Assembly: GCA_027324025.1 (NCBI GenBank)
Contig: DAHVYW010000012.1
Span: 4,178 to 68,177, forward strand
DNA: 64,000 nt
Source of the DNA: Bacillota bacterium
Lineage (GTDB): Bacteria > Bacillota > Thermincolia > Thermincolales > UBA2595
Direction: 5' to 3'
Shown: piece after piece, positions 8,148 through 16,305 of the stretch
Position numbering within the stretch: position 1 is the stretch's first letter
How the letters are laid out: each line of letters begins with the position of its first letter
Notes under the pieces: model-generated
The model's input: the letters and a program-made list of their open reading frames with translations, nothing else
Told to the model about the DNA's origin: nothing
Databases searched by the model: none
Program-made: the position numbers and the translations under genes

Positions 8148-10844
8148 TTATTGATGCACAATACCGATGTAGTCAATTACTCGGTCGTTAGCATCACCGC
8201 CATATAAAATATCCTTGCCGTCACTGTCATAAGCGTTGTAAAGTTTTACAACCTTACCACTTGCGGTGGCAACATCAGGTACATAAACTACAGTGTTTGT
8301 TCCGCTGATATCAAACACTTTAACTTTAGCGGGGTCATAGGACATGTAGGTGGTAGCACCTGCCGGTTCTTCGTTGCCGTTAGAATCAGACCTAACAAGC
8401 TTGAGCTGCTTGTCGGCAGTAACAATAGAACTAATCTTGTAGTAATTGTAAGTGGCTGAACCGGTTACAGCTGCGGTTACCGCTTCAACGCTGCCAAACT
8501 TACCGTTGGAGTCAATCTTGAACCTTACAAGGTCTTGTAAACCTGCGGCTCCAGGAGTACCTTCCTTCTTAGTCGCTTCAACGGCACCTTCGTTAATCTT
8601 CAGGTAATCCTTGCCATCATTACCGATTTCGGCCAGGGCGCCGTATTTGTACTCGGAAGCTAAGGGCAGTGCTGCGTCAGTGTTGTAAAGAACCAATACT
8701 TTAGCAACGCCGCCGTCCTTGACAAGAATTGCGTTCACAGTGCCGAGGCTTCCGGTTGCAATAGCCTCAACAGCTGACCAGGAAGTCATACCGGCATCAT
8801 CGATAGTACCTCCGGGGCCTACAGTAGTCGCCACCTTGAAAATCTTGGTATCGGCATTTACTGCATAGTAAGCGCTGTTAGCTACACTAACGGAATCAGC
8901 GTTCTTGTCAACTCCGATACCTGCAGCTGTTGGGTTAAAGGTTCCAAGGGTAGGAACAGCAGTACCAGCTACAACGGTTTTATTGATTACATCTGAACCA
9001 TTGTACTTCTTAATGTTATCAATCTTGCCGTCAGCAGTCAGGGAGATTTTTACGATTTCGTTAGCTACAACTTCCTTGACATAACCGGTAGTTCCAATCT
9101 GGAATTGACCAGTTGCAGCAATGAATCTCTTCAAAATCTCCTCATTAATGGTAGCACCGTCAATCTTGCTATCCTTGGTAACTTCATAGTAGGTGTTGGT
9201 ACCGTCAGTTTTTACAACGTAGATGTAGTGCTTGGTTTCGCCTACGTCTACATTCTTGGTATACCTAACCAAGGCGACGAATTCGTTGGTAGCAGATGTG
9301 CCGCCTGCATTGATGTAAGCAATGGCACCGCCCTTATCCAGGATAGCCTTAACATTTTGGTTAAGTACGGAACCAAGATCGGAGGTGCTATTAATTGCTG
9401 AGTAGTTCTTACCATCATCAATGGAGTAGAAGGCTGAACCGGCTGCGCCAGACAGTTTATACTCCTTGCCGTCAAGGACTACTTTGAACTTGGCAACATT
9501 AGAGGCATTCACTCCGTCTTGAGCGGAAGAAGTAAGTTTGCCGGAAACTGTATTGTCGGTAACAATGATATAGTAGCTGTCTCCATTATTATAGTACTCA
9601 ACAATGTTACCGGCCTTGATATCGGCAATGCCGATAGCCTTGCCGCCCTTGAGAATGGTGGCAACTTTGTCTTTCAGTGTAATGGAACCGCCAGGAGCGC
9701 CGTCACCCTTGAAGGTGATGCTTTCGTTGGTGGTGTTAATAGTGTCAGCCATTCTGCGGGTGAAACTGGTGGCCAAAATGGTTTTAACTTTGCCGTTAGC
9801 GTCAAGAATCATTTTTACAGCATCGCCAACACTAACCGTAGGAGCGGTGGTGCTGTAGTTCTTGTAAATGGTCGGGCTAGCAGCAACAGTGTAATCTTTG
9901 TCAGCCTTGTCAGCCTTGATAATATTACCGGCTACAATAGTTTGGGCAGTTGCGCCGGGGTTGTTGGTTACGCCATTGATAGCGGCGACAGTGTCAGTGA
10001 CGATATCACTGGCGCTGGTCTTGACATTGAGGAAGAATACTTTGTCATCTTTAACCCAAGCTTCTGCTTTCAAGCCGAGTGTTGGGTTAACATCAACAGA
10101 CGCTAAAACATCGAAAGTATCACTGGTTGCAGGAACAGTACCATAGTCGATGGTAACTTTATTCTTGGTGCCACTGGTCATCGGAACTTGGGTTACAGTT
10201 CCTTCTTTTTTAATGGTAACGGACAGTTTGCTCTCCATTAAGGTTTTGGTATCTTCCTCATAACCGTCTTTGGTTTCCTTCAACGGCTTAACATCAAGAG
10301 AGTTGTCAGAAGCAAGGAAGACGTTAGCGCGAATGGCCGCAGCATTGTAATCAGTTACGGATAAACCGTCAAGCAAGCCTAACTGAGCGGCTTTACCGAT
10401 TACGTTGGAAGGCCATGTGCCCTGAAGTCTCGGGGTGTAGCCAAGAACGCCAACCAGCATGGCTGACATTTCAGCATAACTTACGTTTTGGTCGGGTTTG
10501 TAGGTACCATCGGGATAACCCTTGATGATACCGGCGCCAACAGCCAGGTTAACAACGCCTGATGCCCAGTGAGATCCGGGAACATCCTTAAACTTGGTAG
10601 CGCCTTTGGCTGCGTCGATAGCAGAGTTCATGCCCTGCAGGTTTACCATGATAGCTGCGGCTTCTGCGCGGGTGAAGTTCTTGTCGTATTGCGGATCGCC
10701 ATTCTGGTCGCCGACTGCTACCTTAAGAGCATTCAGTCTTCCAAATGCGTCTTCTTTTGTAGCAGCCATGGCTGCAGGAGCGGCGAGACTGAGTAAGAAC
10801 ATTGCCACAACTACGAGTGCGATAATTCTTTTAGTTTTTCTCAT
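8148..10844 (-). CDS. S-layer protein with N-terminal SLH domains
   Basis: Start chosen at MRKTKR (ATG 10844..10842, RBS AGGAG). Signal peptide is ...AAPAAMA/A. SLH repeats include FKDVPGSHWASGVVNLAVGAGIIKGYPDGTYKPDQNVSYAEMSAML. The remainder is a Thr/Val/Gly/Ala/Lys-rich beta-type region. Confidence 0.85.
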   Translation of the reverse strand: MRKTKRIIALVVVAMFLLSLAAPAAMAATKEDAFGRLNALKVAVGDQNGDPQYDKNFTRAEAAAIMVNLQGMNSAIDAAKGATKFKDVPGSHWASGVVNLAVGAGIIKGYPDGTYKPDQNVSYAEMSAMLVGVLGYTPRLQGTWPSNVIGKAAQLGLLDGLSVTDYNAAAIRANVFLASDNSLDVKPLKETKDGYEEDTKTLMESKLSVTIKKEGTVTQVPMTSGTKNKVTIDYGTVPATSDTFDVLASVDVNPTLGLKAEAWVKDDKVFFLNVKTSASDIVTDTVAAINGVTNNPGATAQTIVAGNIIKADKADKDYTVAASPTIYKNYSTTAPTVSVGDAVKMILDANGKVKTILATSFTRRMADTINTTNESITFKGDGAPGGSITLKDKVATILKGGKAIGIADIKAGNIVEYYNNGDSYYIIVTDNTVSGKLTSSAQDGVNASNVAKFKVVLDGKEYKLSGAAGSAFYSIDDGKNYSAINSTSDLGSVLNQNVKAILDKGGAIAYINAGGTSATNEFVALVRYTKNVDVGETKHYIYVVKTDGTNTYYEVTKDSKIDGATINEEILKRFIAATGQFQIGTTGYVKEVVANEIVKISLTADGKIDNIKKYNGSDVINKTVVAGTAVPTLGTFNPTAAGIGVDKNADSVSVANSAYYAVNADTKIFKVATTVGPGGTIDDAGMTSWSAVEAIATGSLGTVNAILVKDGGVAKVLVLYNTDAALPLASEYKYGALAEIGNDGKDYLKINEGAVEATKKEGTPGAAGLQDLVRFKIDSNGKFGSVEAVTAAVTGSATYNYYKISSIVTADKQLKLVRSDSNGNEEPAGATTYMSYDPAKVKVFDISGTNTVVYVPDVATASGKVVKLYNAYDSDGKDILYGGDANDRVIDYIGIVHQ

Positions 10845-11171
10845 TCTCCTAAAATCCCCCTTTACATTTTTAATCACTTTTAAAACACTAGAAAACTATT
10901 TACTTGACCTGTTGCGGGCAACACCCCCTTCAAGTGGTTTTATATGAACCATGAAACTAAAGGTTTAAATTACCTTTAGAAAGTAAAAACAACATAATTT
11001 GGCTCATTCCTATTCATTTCTACAGACTGGATATGTTTTCCTGCATTTTAGCGGAAAAATTTTTCTAATTTGTTCACCGGTTTCCTTGGGTTTATTTAAC
11101 CTAATTACCGGCTCTTTCTTTAACTAGCCCGGTTTTACTCAAAAGGATTATTGTGCCACAAACCTGAATTT

Positions 11172-11201
11172 ATTATACCTAATCATTGACTCACTAGTCA
11201 A
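11172..11201 (-). promoter_or_regulatory. Putative sigmaA promoter of the S-layer gene (long ~320-nt leader)
   Basis: Minus strand TTGACT-18 nt-TATAAT. The -35 box is part of the palindrome TTGACTagtgAGTCAA. Confidence 0.45.
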
Positions 11202-11355
11202 CTGCTTTCGGACATGCAATAATTAGTAAACTGTCTATTGTTTTCCTGTCTTTTATACTCATAGTTATTCGAGGGTATGTTTGGCTTTAGTGGGGTAGAG
11301 AAAGAATTTTTTTCCTGCAAACACATTTTTTCGGGTCAATTGGCTTAGAAAAAGG

Positions 11356-11381
11356 TAAAAAGCCGGCTCGCCGGCTTTTTT
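11356..11381 (-). terminator. Intrinsic (bidirectional) terminator after csaB
   Basis: AAAAAGCCGGCTCGCCGGCTTTTTT: a GC stem flanked by A and T runs. Confidence 0.65.
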
Positions 11382-11416
11382 GATTTCACTAGCTATTCTA
11401 CTTTAGTGTTTAGCGA

Positions 11417-12508
11417 TTAGCGATTAAGTAGCTGGACTGCAACCTTGCTGTTGCGCAGGGCCTTGTGACGTAAGGCGGTTTTCGTTTCAAGCAGCTGCCG
11501 CTTAACAGCCTCTTTATTCGCTGCTATATCATTGACTTTTTCAATCAACGACCCGGAGGTTATCGATTCCAGTTCCTTCACCACAGGTTGGTCAATAGAA
11601 TCAAGGAACTCAGCCACCTTTGGGTCATAACTTATACCCACCATAGGTATTTCACAGATTGTCGCAATAATCAGGGCATGCAGCCTCATCCCGATCACCA
11701 GGTCTGTCGAGCTTACCAGCCCCGTAAGCTCCGTAAAGCTTAGTCCACGTTCTATAATTATGGGGTTGTGGTTCATCAGCCCGGCAATCTCACGGGCAGG
11801 AGCCACGTCCCCGGGGTACTGCATGGGAACAAACGCTGCCTCCCAGCCTTTGTCATACATATAGTCAGCCAATTGGGCAACGGCCTTCTTATACCCGCTT
11901 AAACCCCGCCATTCACGGACAAAAATTGCCATAACCGGTTTGCCGCTTCGGTCTGTCCCCGGCAGTGCCCAAAATTCCCTGGCGTTGGCCGACCTGTCTA
12001 CATCCATCCCAAATACCGGGTCAGCAGTTAGTTCCACGGGTGGATTGTGCACGCCTATTTCCCGTAGAAGGTCAATGGACGCCCGGTCTCTCAGGGTAAT
12101 CATATCAACCCCATCAGCAACCAGCCTGATAAGGGCCCTTCCAAATACCCCGTTGACCGGGCCGATGCCCTGGGCATAAAACATCACAGGTTTCCCCAAC
12201 ATCCTGGCCAGAGCTACAATCCCAAGGTAGTACGGAATCGTCAGAGGCCCGGTCACATCCTGTAGGAGACTGCCACCGCCGCTGATAAGCAGGTCCGCGC
12301 GTTTTAAGGCTGAAAAAACGGAAAACAGGCTTAACCTGTTAACCCCTTCCACACCGTAACGCGTGCCGGTTTTTTTGGGAGTGGCCGACAGAACTATTAT
12401 GTGCAAATCAAAAATTTCCGCTCTCAGGGCACCGATAATGGCCGCCAACAGGGCTTCATCACCTATGTTTTCGTACCCGTAATAACCGGATATGACCACA
12501 GTTTTCAT
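11417..12508 (-). CDS. csaB: Polysaccharide pyruvyl transferase CsaB
   Basis: Start at MKTVVISGYYGYENIGDEALL (ATG 12508). It has the CsaB-typical N-terminus and sits next to SLH protein genes. Confidence 0.8.
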   Translation of the reverse strand: MKTVVISGYYGYENIGDEALLAAIIGALRAEIFDLHIIVLSATPKKTGTRYGVEGVNRLSLFSVFSALKRADLLISGGGSLLQDVTGPLTIPYYLGIVALARMLGKPVMFYAQGIGPVNGVFGRALIRLVADGVDMITLRDRASIDLLREIGVHNPPVELTADPVFGMDVDRSANAREFWALPGTDRSGKPVMAIFVREWRGLSGYKKAVAQLADYMYDKGWEAAFVPMQYPGDVAPAREIAGLMNHNPIIIERGLSFTELTGLVSSTDLVIGMRLHALIIATICEIPMVGISYDPKVAEFLDSIDQPVVKELESITSGSLIEKVNDIAANKEAVKRQLLETKTALRHKALRNSKVAVQLLNR

Positions 12509-12528
12509 TACCTTTGTTCCCTTCCCCG

Positions 12529-13542
12529 TCAAACTCCCTCCCCACTTTCAGCCGGGACTTCCTGTAAACTCTCTTCACTTAATATTCTGTCCATCAAAAG
12601 TTTTAGTTCTTCTTCATCTACTATATAATAACTGGCACCATTGACATATTCCGGATCCCCGGGTATATTTATAAACTTAATTTTTTCCGAACCTGTATTT
12701 TTAAATTCACTGCCTAAAACAAGAAAATCCCTGACCGACATGTCGGTATCAACGTTACTATACAGTTCACCGGCTATTCTCGGTAGTTTAAGGATAGTTT
12801 TCGGCTGCAGGATCTCATCGGCCAGCACCCCAAGAAACTTGTGCTGCCGTTCAATTCTGGAAATGTCGCCTTTACCGTCACTTCTAAACCTGACATAGGC
12901 CAGGGCGTCATACCCGTTGAGGTGTTGAAGCCCTTTATGCAGGTCTATATCCTCGGCGGGGTAATACATCCTTTTTTCCACGTCGAGGGTTACTCCACCC
13001 AGTGTATCGATTATATTTTCAAACCCCGCAAAATTGGTCTCAATGTAATTATGAATGGGTACCCCCAATAGCTGCTCCACAGTCTTCCTGGTAAGCTCTA
13101 TTCCCCCGTTTGAATGGGCATGGTTGATTTTTGTGCGGTGTTCCAGCCCTTCTACCTTGACCCGGGTATCACGGGGAATGGAAATCACCCGGACGGTTTT
13201 ATCCTTAATGTCCAGCATTGCCACCATCAAGGTATCAGACCTGGAGGGTTCGTTTTTCCTCTGGTCCGTCCCGATTAACAGGATATTAAGCCAGTGTTCC
13301 TGTCCCCCTCCCGGCGACTCAGAGCCTAAAGCATTTATCCGGTTATTAAAATACCGGTCAGCTACATATACCCAGAGACTGTCAGCGTAGACAAAAGCGG
13401 AATAAGTCAGGGCCCCTAAAATCACAACTAATAAAAAAGCCGTTGCCAAGAACCGGCCCTTTCTCGTTCTTTTTAACTTTAGCCGTTGAATTCTCGTATG
13501 TTCGCTGTAAGTCTCCTGGTTAAACTTTTCAAAATCAGGCAT
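12529..13542 (-). CDS. LytR-CpsA-Psr (LCP) family cell-wall glycopolymer ligase
   Basis: N-terminal TM helix, then NILLIGTDQR...RSDTLMVAMLD...ISIPRDTRV...INHAHSNGG...NFAGFENIIDTLGGVTLDV. Confidence 0.85.
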   Translation of the reverse strand: MPDFEKFNQETYSEHTRIQRLKLKRTRKGRFLATAFLLVVILGALTYSAFVYADSLWVYVADRYFNNRINALGSESPGGGQEHWLNILLIGTDQRKNEPSRSDTLMVAMLDIKDKTVRVISIPRDTRVKVEGLEHRTKINHAHSNGGIELTRKTVEQLLGVPIHNYIETNFAGFENIIDTLGGVTLDVEKRMYYPAEDIDLHKGLQHLNGYDALAYVRFRSDGKGDISRIERQHKFLGVLADEILQPKTILKLPRIAGELYSNVDTDMSVRDFLVLGSEFKNTGSEKIKFINIPGDPEYVNGASYYIVDEEELKLLMDRILSEESLQEVPAESGEGV

Positions 13543-13653
13543 TACCTATACCTCTCTGGAAGTACCGGACCCCGGATTACCTGAGCCGTGCCCAGTTAAT
13601 GTTCGAACTAAATATTCGTCAAATTTCGCCCGTTTCCTTTTTTAAATCAAATT

Positions 13654-13689
13654 AAAAACCCTGGCAGCACAGATTTCATACTGCCAAGG
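13654..13689 (-). terminator. Intrinsic terminator after the SLH coiled-coil gene
   Basis: Minus strand CCTTGGCAG-13 nt-CTGCCAGGG followed by TTTTT. Confidence 0.55.
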
Positions 13690-13707
13690 CTAGCAACTGC
13701 GTTTTAC

Positions 13708-14463
13708 CTAATTTCTGCGGGCCGGGTCAATGGCCTTGGCCAAAAAGACGGCAACTTCCGCCCTTTTTACGAAGGCGGCAGGCCGGTAGGTTTGGTCCTC
13801 AAACCCTTTGGTGATACTGTTATCAGCCAGCTTTTGAATAGCATCGTAAGCCCAGTAACTCTTGGGCACGTCCTTAAAGTCACTGGCGTTATTGTTTCTC
13901 TGCAAAGTATATGCGTTTACAAGCATTGCAGCCATCTGGCCCCTGGATACATAATCATTGGGCTCAAATCTGCCTCCCGGGAAACCTGATATAATACCCG
14001 CCTTTTTTGCTGCGGCAATCTCGGCATATGCCCAGTGAGACCTGGGAACATCCTTAAAATCGGCTGTGCCTCCCGCAGTAGGTAGTTTCAGAGCTTTAAC
14101 CAGCATTACCGCCAACTCACTGCGGCGGGCGGGGTTATTTGGCCCGAACTTTCCTCCGCCCAAACCGGAAATGACTCCCTTTTCGACCATTAACTGAATT
14201 TCACTGTAGGCCCAGTGGGTAGAAGGAACATCCGTAAATTTAGGCTTGGTTTGACCGGAAGCCTTTTCTTTTAGTATGGCAACTTCACCCTGAAGTAAAG
14301 CAATTTGGTCTTTCAGAGGCTGGAACACCTTATTAGCGTAACTTTTTGCAATGACGGGGTTAGTACTGCTGCCGGACGGTCCGGAATTTGCATTGACCCC
14401 TTGGGAGATAATAAATCCCACCATTATCGGAAGCAAAAAGATATATATTTTTTTTCTGTCCAT
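13708..14463 (-). CDS. Secreted protein with N-terminal coiled-coil and three C-terminal SLH domains
   Basis: Start at MDRKKIYIF (ATG 14463, RBS AGGTGGA). Three repeats of F(T/K)DVP(S/R/K)(T/S)(H/Y)WAY... Confidence 0.8.
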   Translation of the reverse strand: MDRKKIYIFLLPIMVGFIISQGVNANSGPSGSSTNPVIAKSYANKVFQPLKDQIALLQGEVAILKEKASGQTKPKFTDVPSTHWAYSEIQLMVEKGVISGLGGGKFGPNNPARRSELAVMLVKALKLPTAGGTADFKDVPRSHWAYAEIAAAKKAGIISGFPGGRFEPNDYVSRGQMAAMLVNAYTLQRNNNASDFKDVPKSYWAYDAIQKLADNSITKGFEDQTYRPAAFVKRAEVAVFLAKAIDPARRN

Positions 14464-14479
14464 TATTATTTCATCCACC

Positions 14480-14692
14480 TTACTTTGCTTTAAGCGTCTC
14501 AACATCAGCCTTTAGAGTGTCAATCTGACTTTGGAGTTTGCCGACTTCACCGTCAATATAACTCTTCGTAACCAATGGGTCGGACTGGGTACCCGGACTG
14601 CCGATAGCGGCATTTACAGCCTGTCCAAGCATAAATCCTGCCAGGGATAGGATAAACACAATTCCGAGCAGTAATAAATTTTTCCTTGACAT
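14480..14692 (-). CDS. Small secreted coiled-coil protein (70 aa)
   Basis: Start at MSRKNLLLLGIVFILSLAG (ATG 14692, RBS AAGGAGG). The mature part, DPLVTKSYIDGEVGKLQSQIDTLKADVETLKAK, is paralogous to the N-terminus of the next gene. Confidence 0.6.
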   Translation of the reverse strand: MSRKNLLLLGIVFILSLAGFMLGQAVNAAIGSPGTQSDPLVTKSYIDGEVGKLQSQIDTLKADVETLKAK

Positions 14693-14811
14693 ATTATTTC
14701 CTCCTTGGTTGGTAATATATCTTTGATTCGCGAAACTGCTATTCATCTCCTTTTTTCTTCGACAAAAAATACAGGCCTTACAGAGGCCTGTCAGCTTAAA
14801 AATTATATTTA

Positions 14812-15741
14812 TCACTGAGTTATTTCATAAATTATGTTCTTCCAGGTCTGTTCGGACACAAAAAGGTGTTTTAAATCACCTTTAAAATACTCATTTCCCG
14901 GCAGTGTTGTTTTACACATATGCCCCAGGTCCATCTGCCTGCTAATATGAAAAAGGCTAATCATCTGTTGGGTAGAAAAGTTGGTCCGGACATCATGGGT
15001 AAAAATCCACAGCAACTCGGGTATCTCCAGCAGCATCTGCGGCCGTATCACCTGGGAAGCCACGGCCTTTACCACATCCGCATCATCGGTGCGGATCCCG
15101 GCCGCTGTTTGTTCAAAGGCTTCCAACATATTTATTTCATCACCGTTAACCTGCAAAGCACCGATAACATCACTCAATTTTTTTAGGGCGGGTTGATTCA
15201 CGTGAACGAAGTTCGGGATAGTTATTTCAAATTTCCTCTCCAAAAAGGCCCTGACAGCATCTCTTCCGCTCCGTTGGTATAGGTCCTGAACAGTAACCTG
15301 TTCGTCTTCCAGGTTTACGATGTTACCGTTATTTGTCACAGTATGTAAGGGTATTACTACAATCGCCGCTTGTTTGGTTTTTCTGTTAAATCCGGTGACC
15401 GATATAACCTTCAGTCTGTCCCCATCTGACCAGATATACATAATATTAATAGAGTCCAATGAGCGATTCAGGGCAGACTTCGCTTGTTCCAGAGAATACA
15501 AAGGCACAGTGTTCTCAGGTTTCTGACGACTCTTTTTAATTACAGTTATTCCGGGACTATACCAAAAGTCTTTTTCAGTTCTTAGCCAGTGGCCCATCGT
15601 AGGTGGTATTTCTATTGTTTGACTCCGGTATTGTTTCATCTGGGTTTCCTCCGGTACGGCCGTTTGCACAAACAAAGCCGCCAGGGTCGCGAAAAAGATT
15701 CCGGAAACCATTAGCTGGGTTTTAAAGTTTTGCCATTTCAC
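14812..15741 (-). CDS. Membrane-anchored LCP-like protein lacking the canonical catalytic motifs
   Basis: Probable GTG start at 15741 behind AAGGAGG. The segment FLERKFEITIPNFVHVNQPALKKLSDVIGALQVNG parallels the LCP block LLGVPIHNYIETNFAGFENIIDTLGGVTLDV. RSDT and PRD are replaced by WSDGDRL and IPLHT. Confidence 0.5.
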   Translation of the reverse strand: MKWQNFKTQLMVSGIFFATLAALFVQTAVPEETQMKQYRSQTIEIPPTMGHWLRTEKDFWYSPGITVIKKSRQKPENTVPLYSLEQAKSALNRSLDSINIMYIWSDGDRLKVISVTGFNRKTKQAAIVVIPLHTVTNNGNIVNLEDEQVTVQDLYQRSGRDAVRAFLERKFEITIPNFVHVNQPALKKLSDVIGALQVNGDEINMLEAFEQTAAGIRTDDADVVKAVASQVIRPQMLLEIPELLWIFTHDVRTNFSTQQMISLFHISRQMDLGHMCKTTLPGNEYFKGDLKHLFVSEQTWKNIIYEITQ

Positions 15742-15805
15742 CGAAAAATCCTCCTTTTGGTCAAACAATACTATTATTGGCCGCCGGAGGTAAAAAAATA
15801 CAAAA

Positions 15806-15919
15806 GTGAACTCGTTCAGCTAAAGCTGAACATCGAAACTTCAGTGGGGGACTCTACCCCCACTGAAGCAGAAAAGTGGAAACTCCACCTAATAGAAGGT
15901 GGAGTCTTGGAATTGGGAT
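15806..15919 (+). repeat. 114-bp triple-hairpin intergenic repeat, copy 1 (forward)
   Basis: GTGAACTCGTTCAGCTAAAGCTGAAC...GGTGGAGTCTTGGAATTGGGAT. Four near-identical copies occur in the window. Confidence 0.95.
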
Positions 15920-15951
15920 CAAGACTGCCCTTTTGGGACAGCCCTGTTAGT

Positions 15952-16296
15952 TTATTTCCTTTTCAATTGTTGATATATCACTTCTGCCAAACCAAAACTC
16001 CTGTTGTCAGCCGCTTTCAGGCTTATCTCCTGGTCAAGCATGCCCTGAAATATTTTTTCCCCCATAGTTTCTTCTAATAATCCACCCTTTTCCACAGTTT
16101 CCCGCATTTTGGAAAACATCTGGTAAATGAAGAGGGCTTCAAATTGTTTGGCTGCTTCTTTAAGCTGTTTGTCTTCCTTGGACGCAACAGCTTTATCAAG
16201 TATCTGTTTAAATTCTTGATCAGCAGAGTTAACCCGGTTTTCGTTTCTATAGTCCTCCGCAGATGCCTTAGGGCCGTCAATCCGCATTAATTCCAC
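15952..16296 (-). CDS. Flagellar rod-binding protein (FlgJ N-terminal-domain-like)
   Basis: 114 aa: AAKQFEALFIYQMFSKMRETV...EKIFQGMLDQEISLKAA...GLAEVIYQQL. Confidence 0.75.
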   Translation of the reverse strand: MELMRIDGPKASAEDYRNENRVNSADQEFKQILDKAVASKEDKQLKEAAKQFEALFIYQMFSKMRETVEKGGLLEETMGEKIFQGMLDQEISLKAADNRSFGLAEVIYQQLKRK

Positions 16297-16305
16297 CCGC
16301 TTTCA

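Noticed and set aside
9105-10947. Several 75-195-aa plus-strand ORFs inside the S-layer gene
   Set aside because: They are antisense to a strongly supported SLH S-layer CDS. They have low-complexity composition and no RBS. They are artefacts of the biased Thr/Val/Gly/Ala codon usage.
15730-16077. 115-aa plus-strand ORF crossing repeat copy 1 and the flgJ-like gene
   Set aside because: It is open only by chance. The other three repeat copies are not embedded in comparable ORFs, and it is antisense to a credible rod-binding protein gene.
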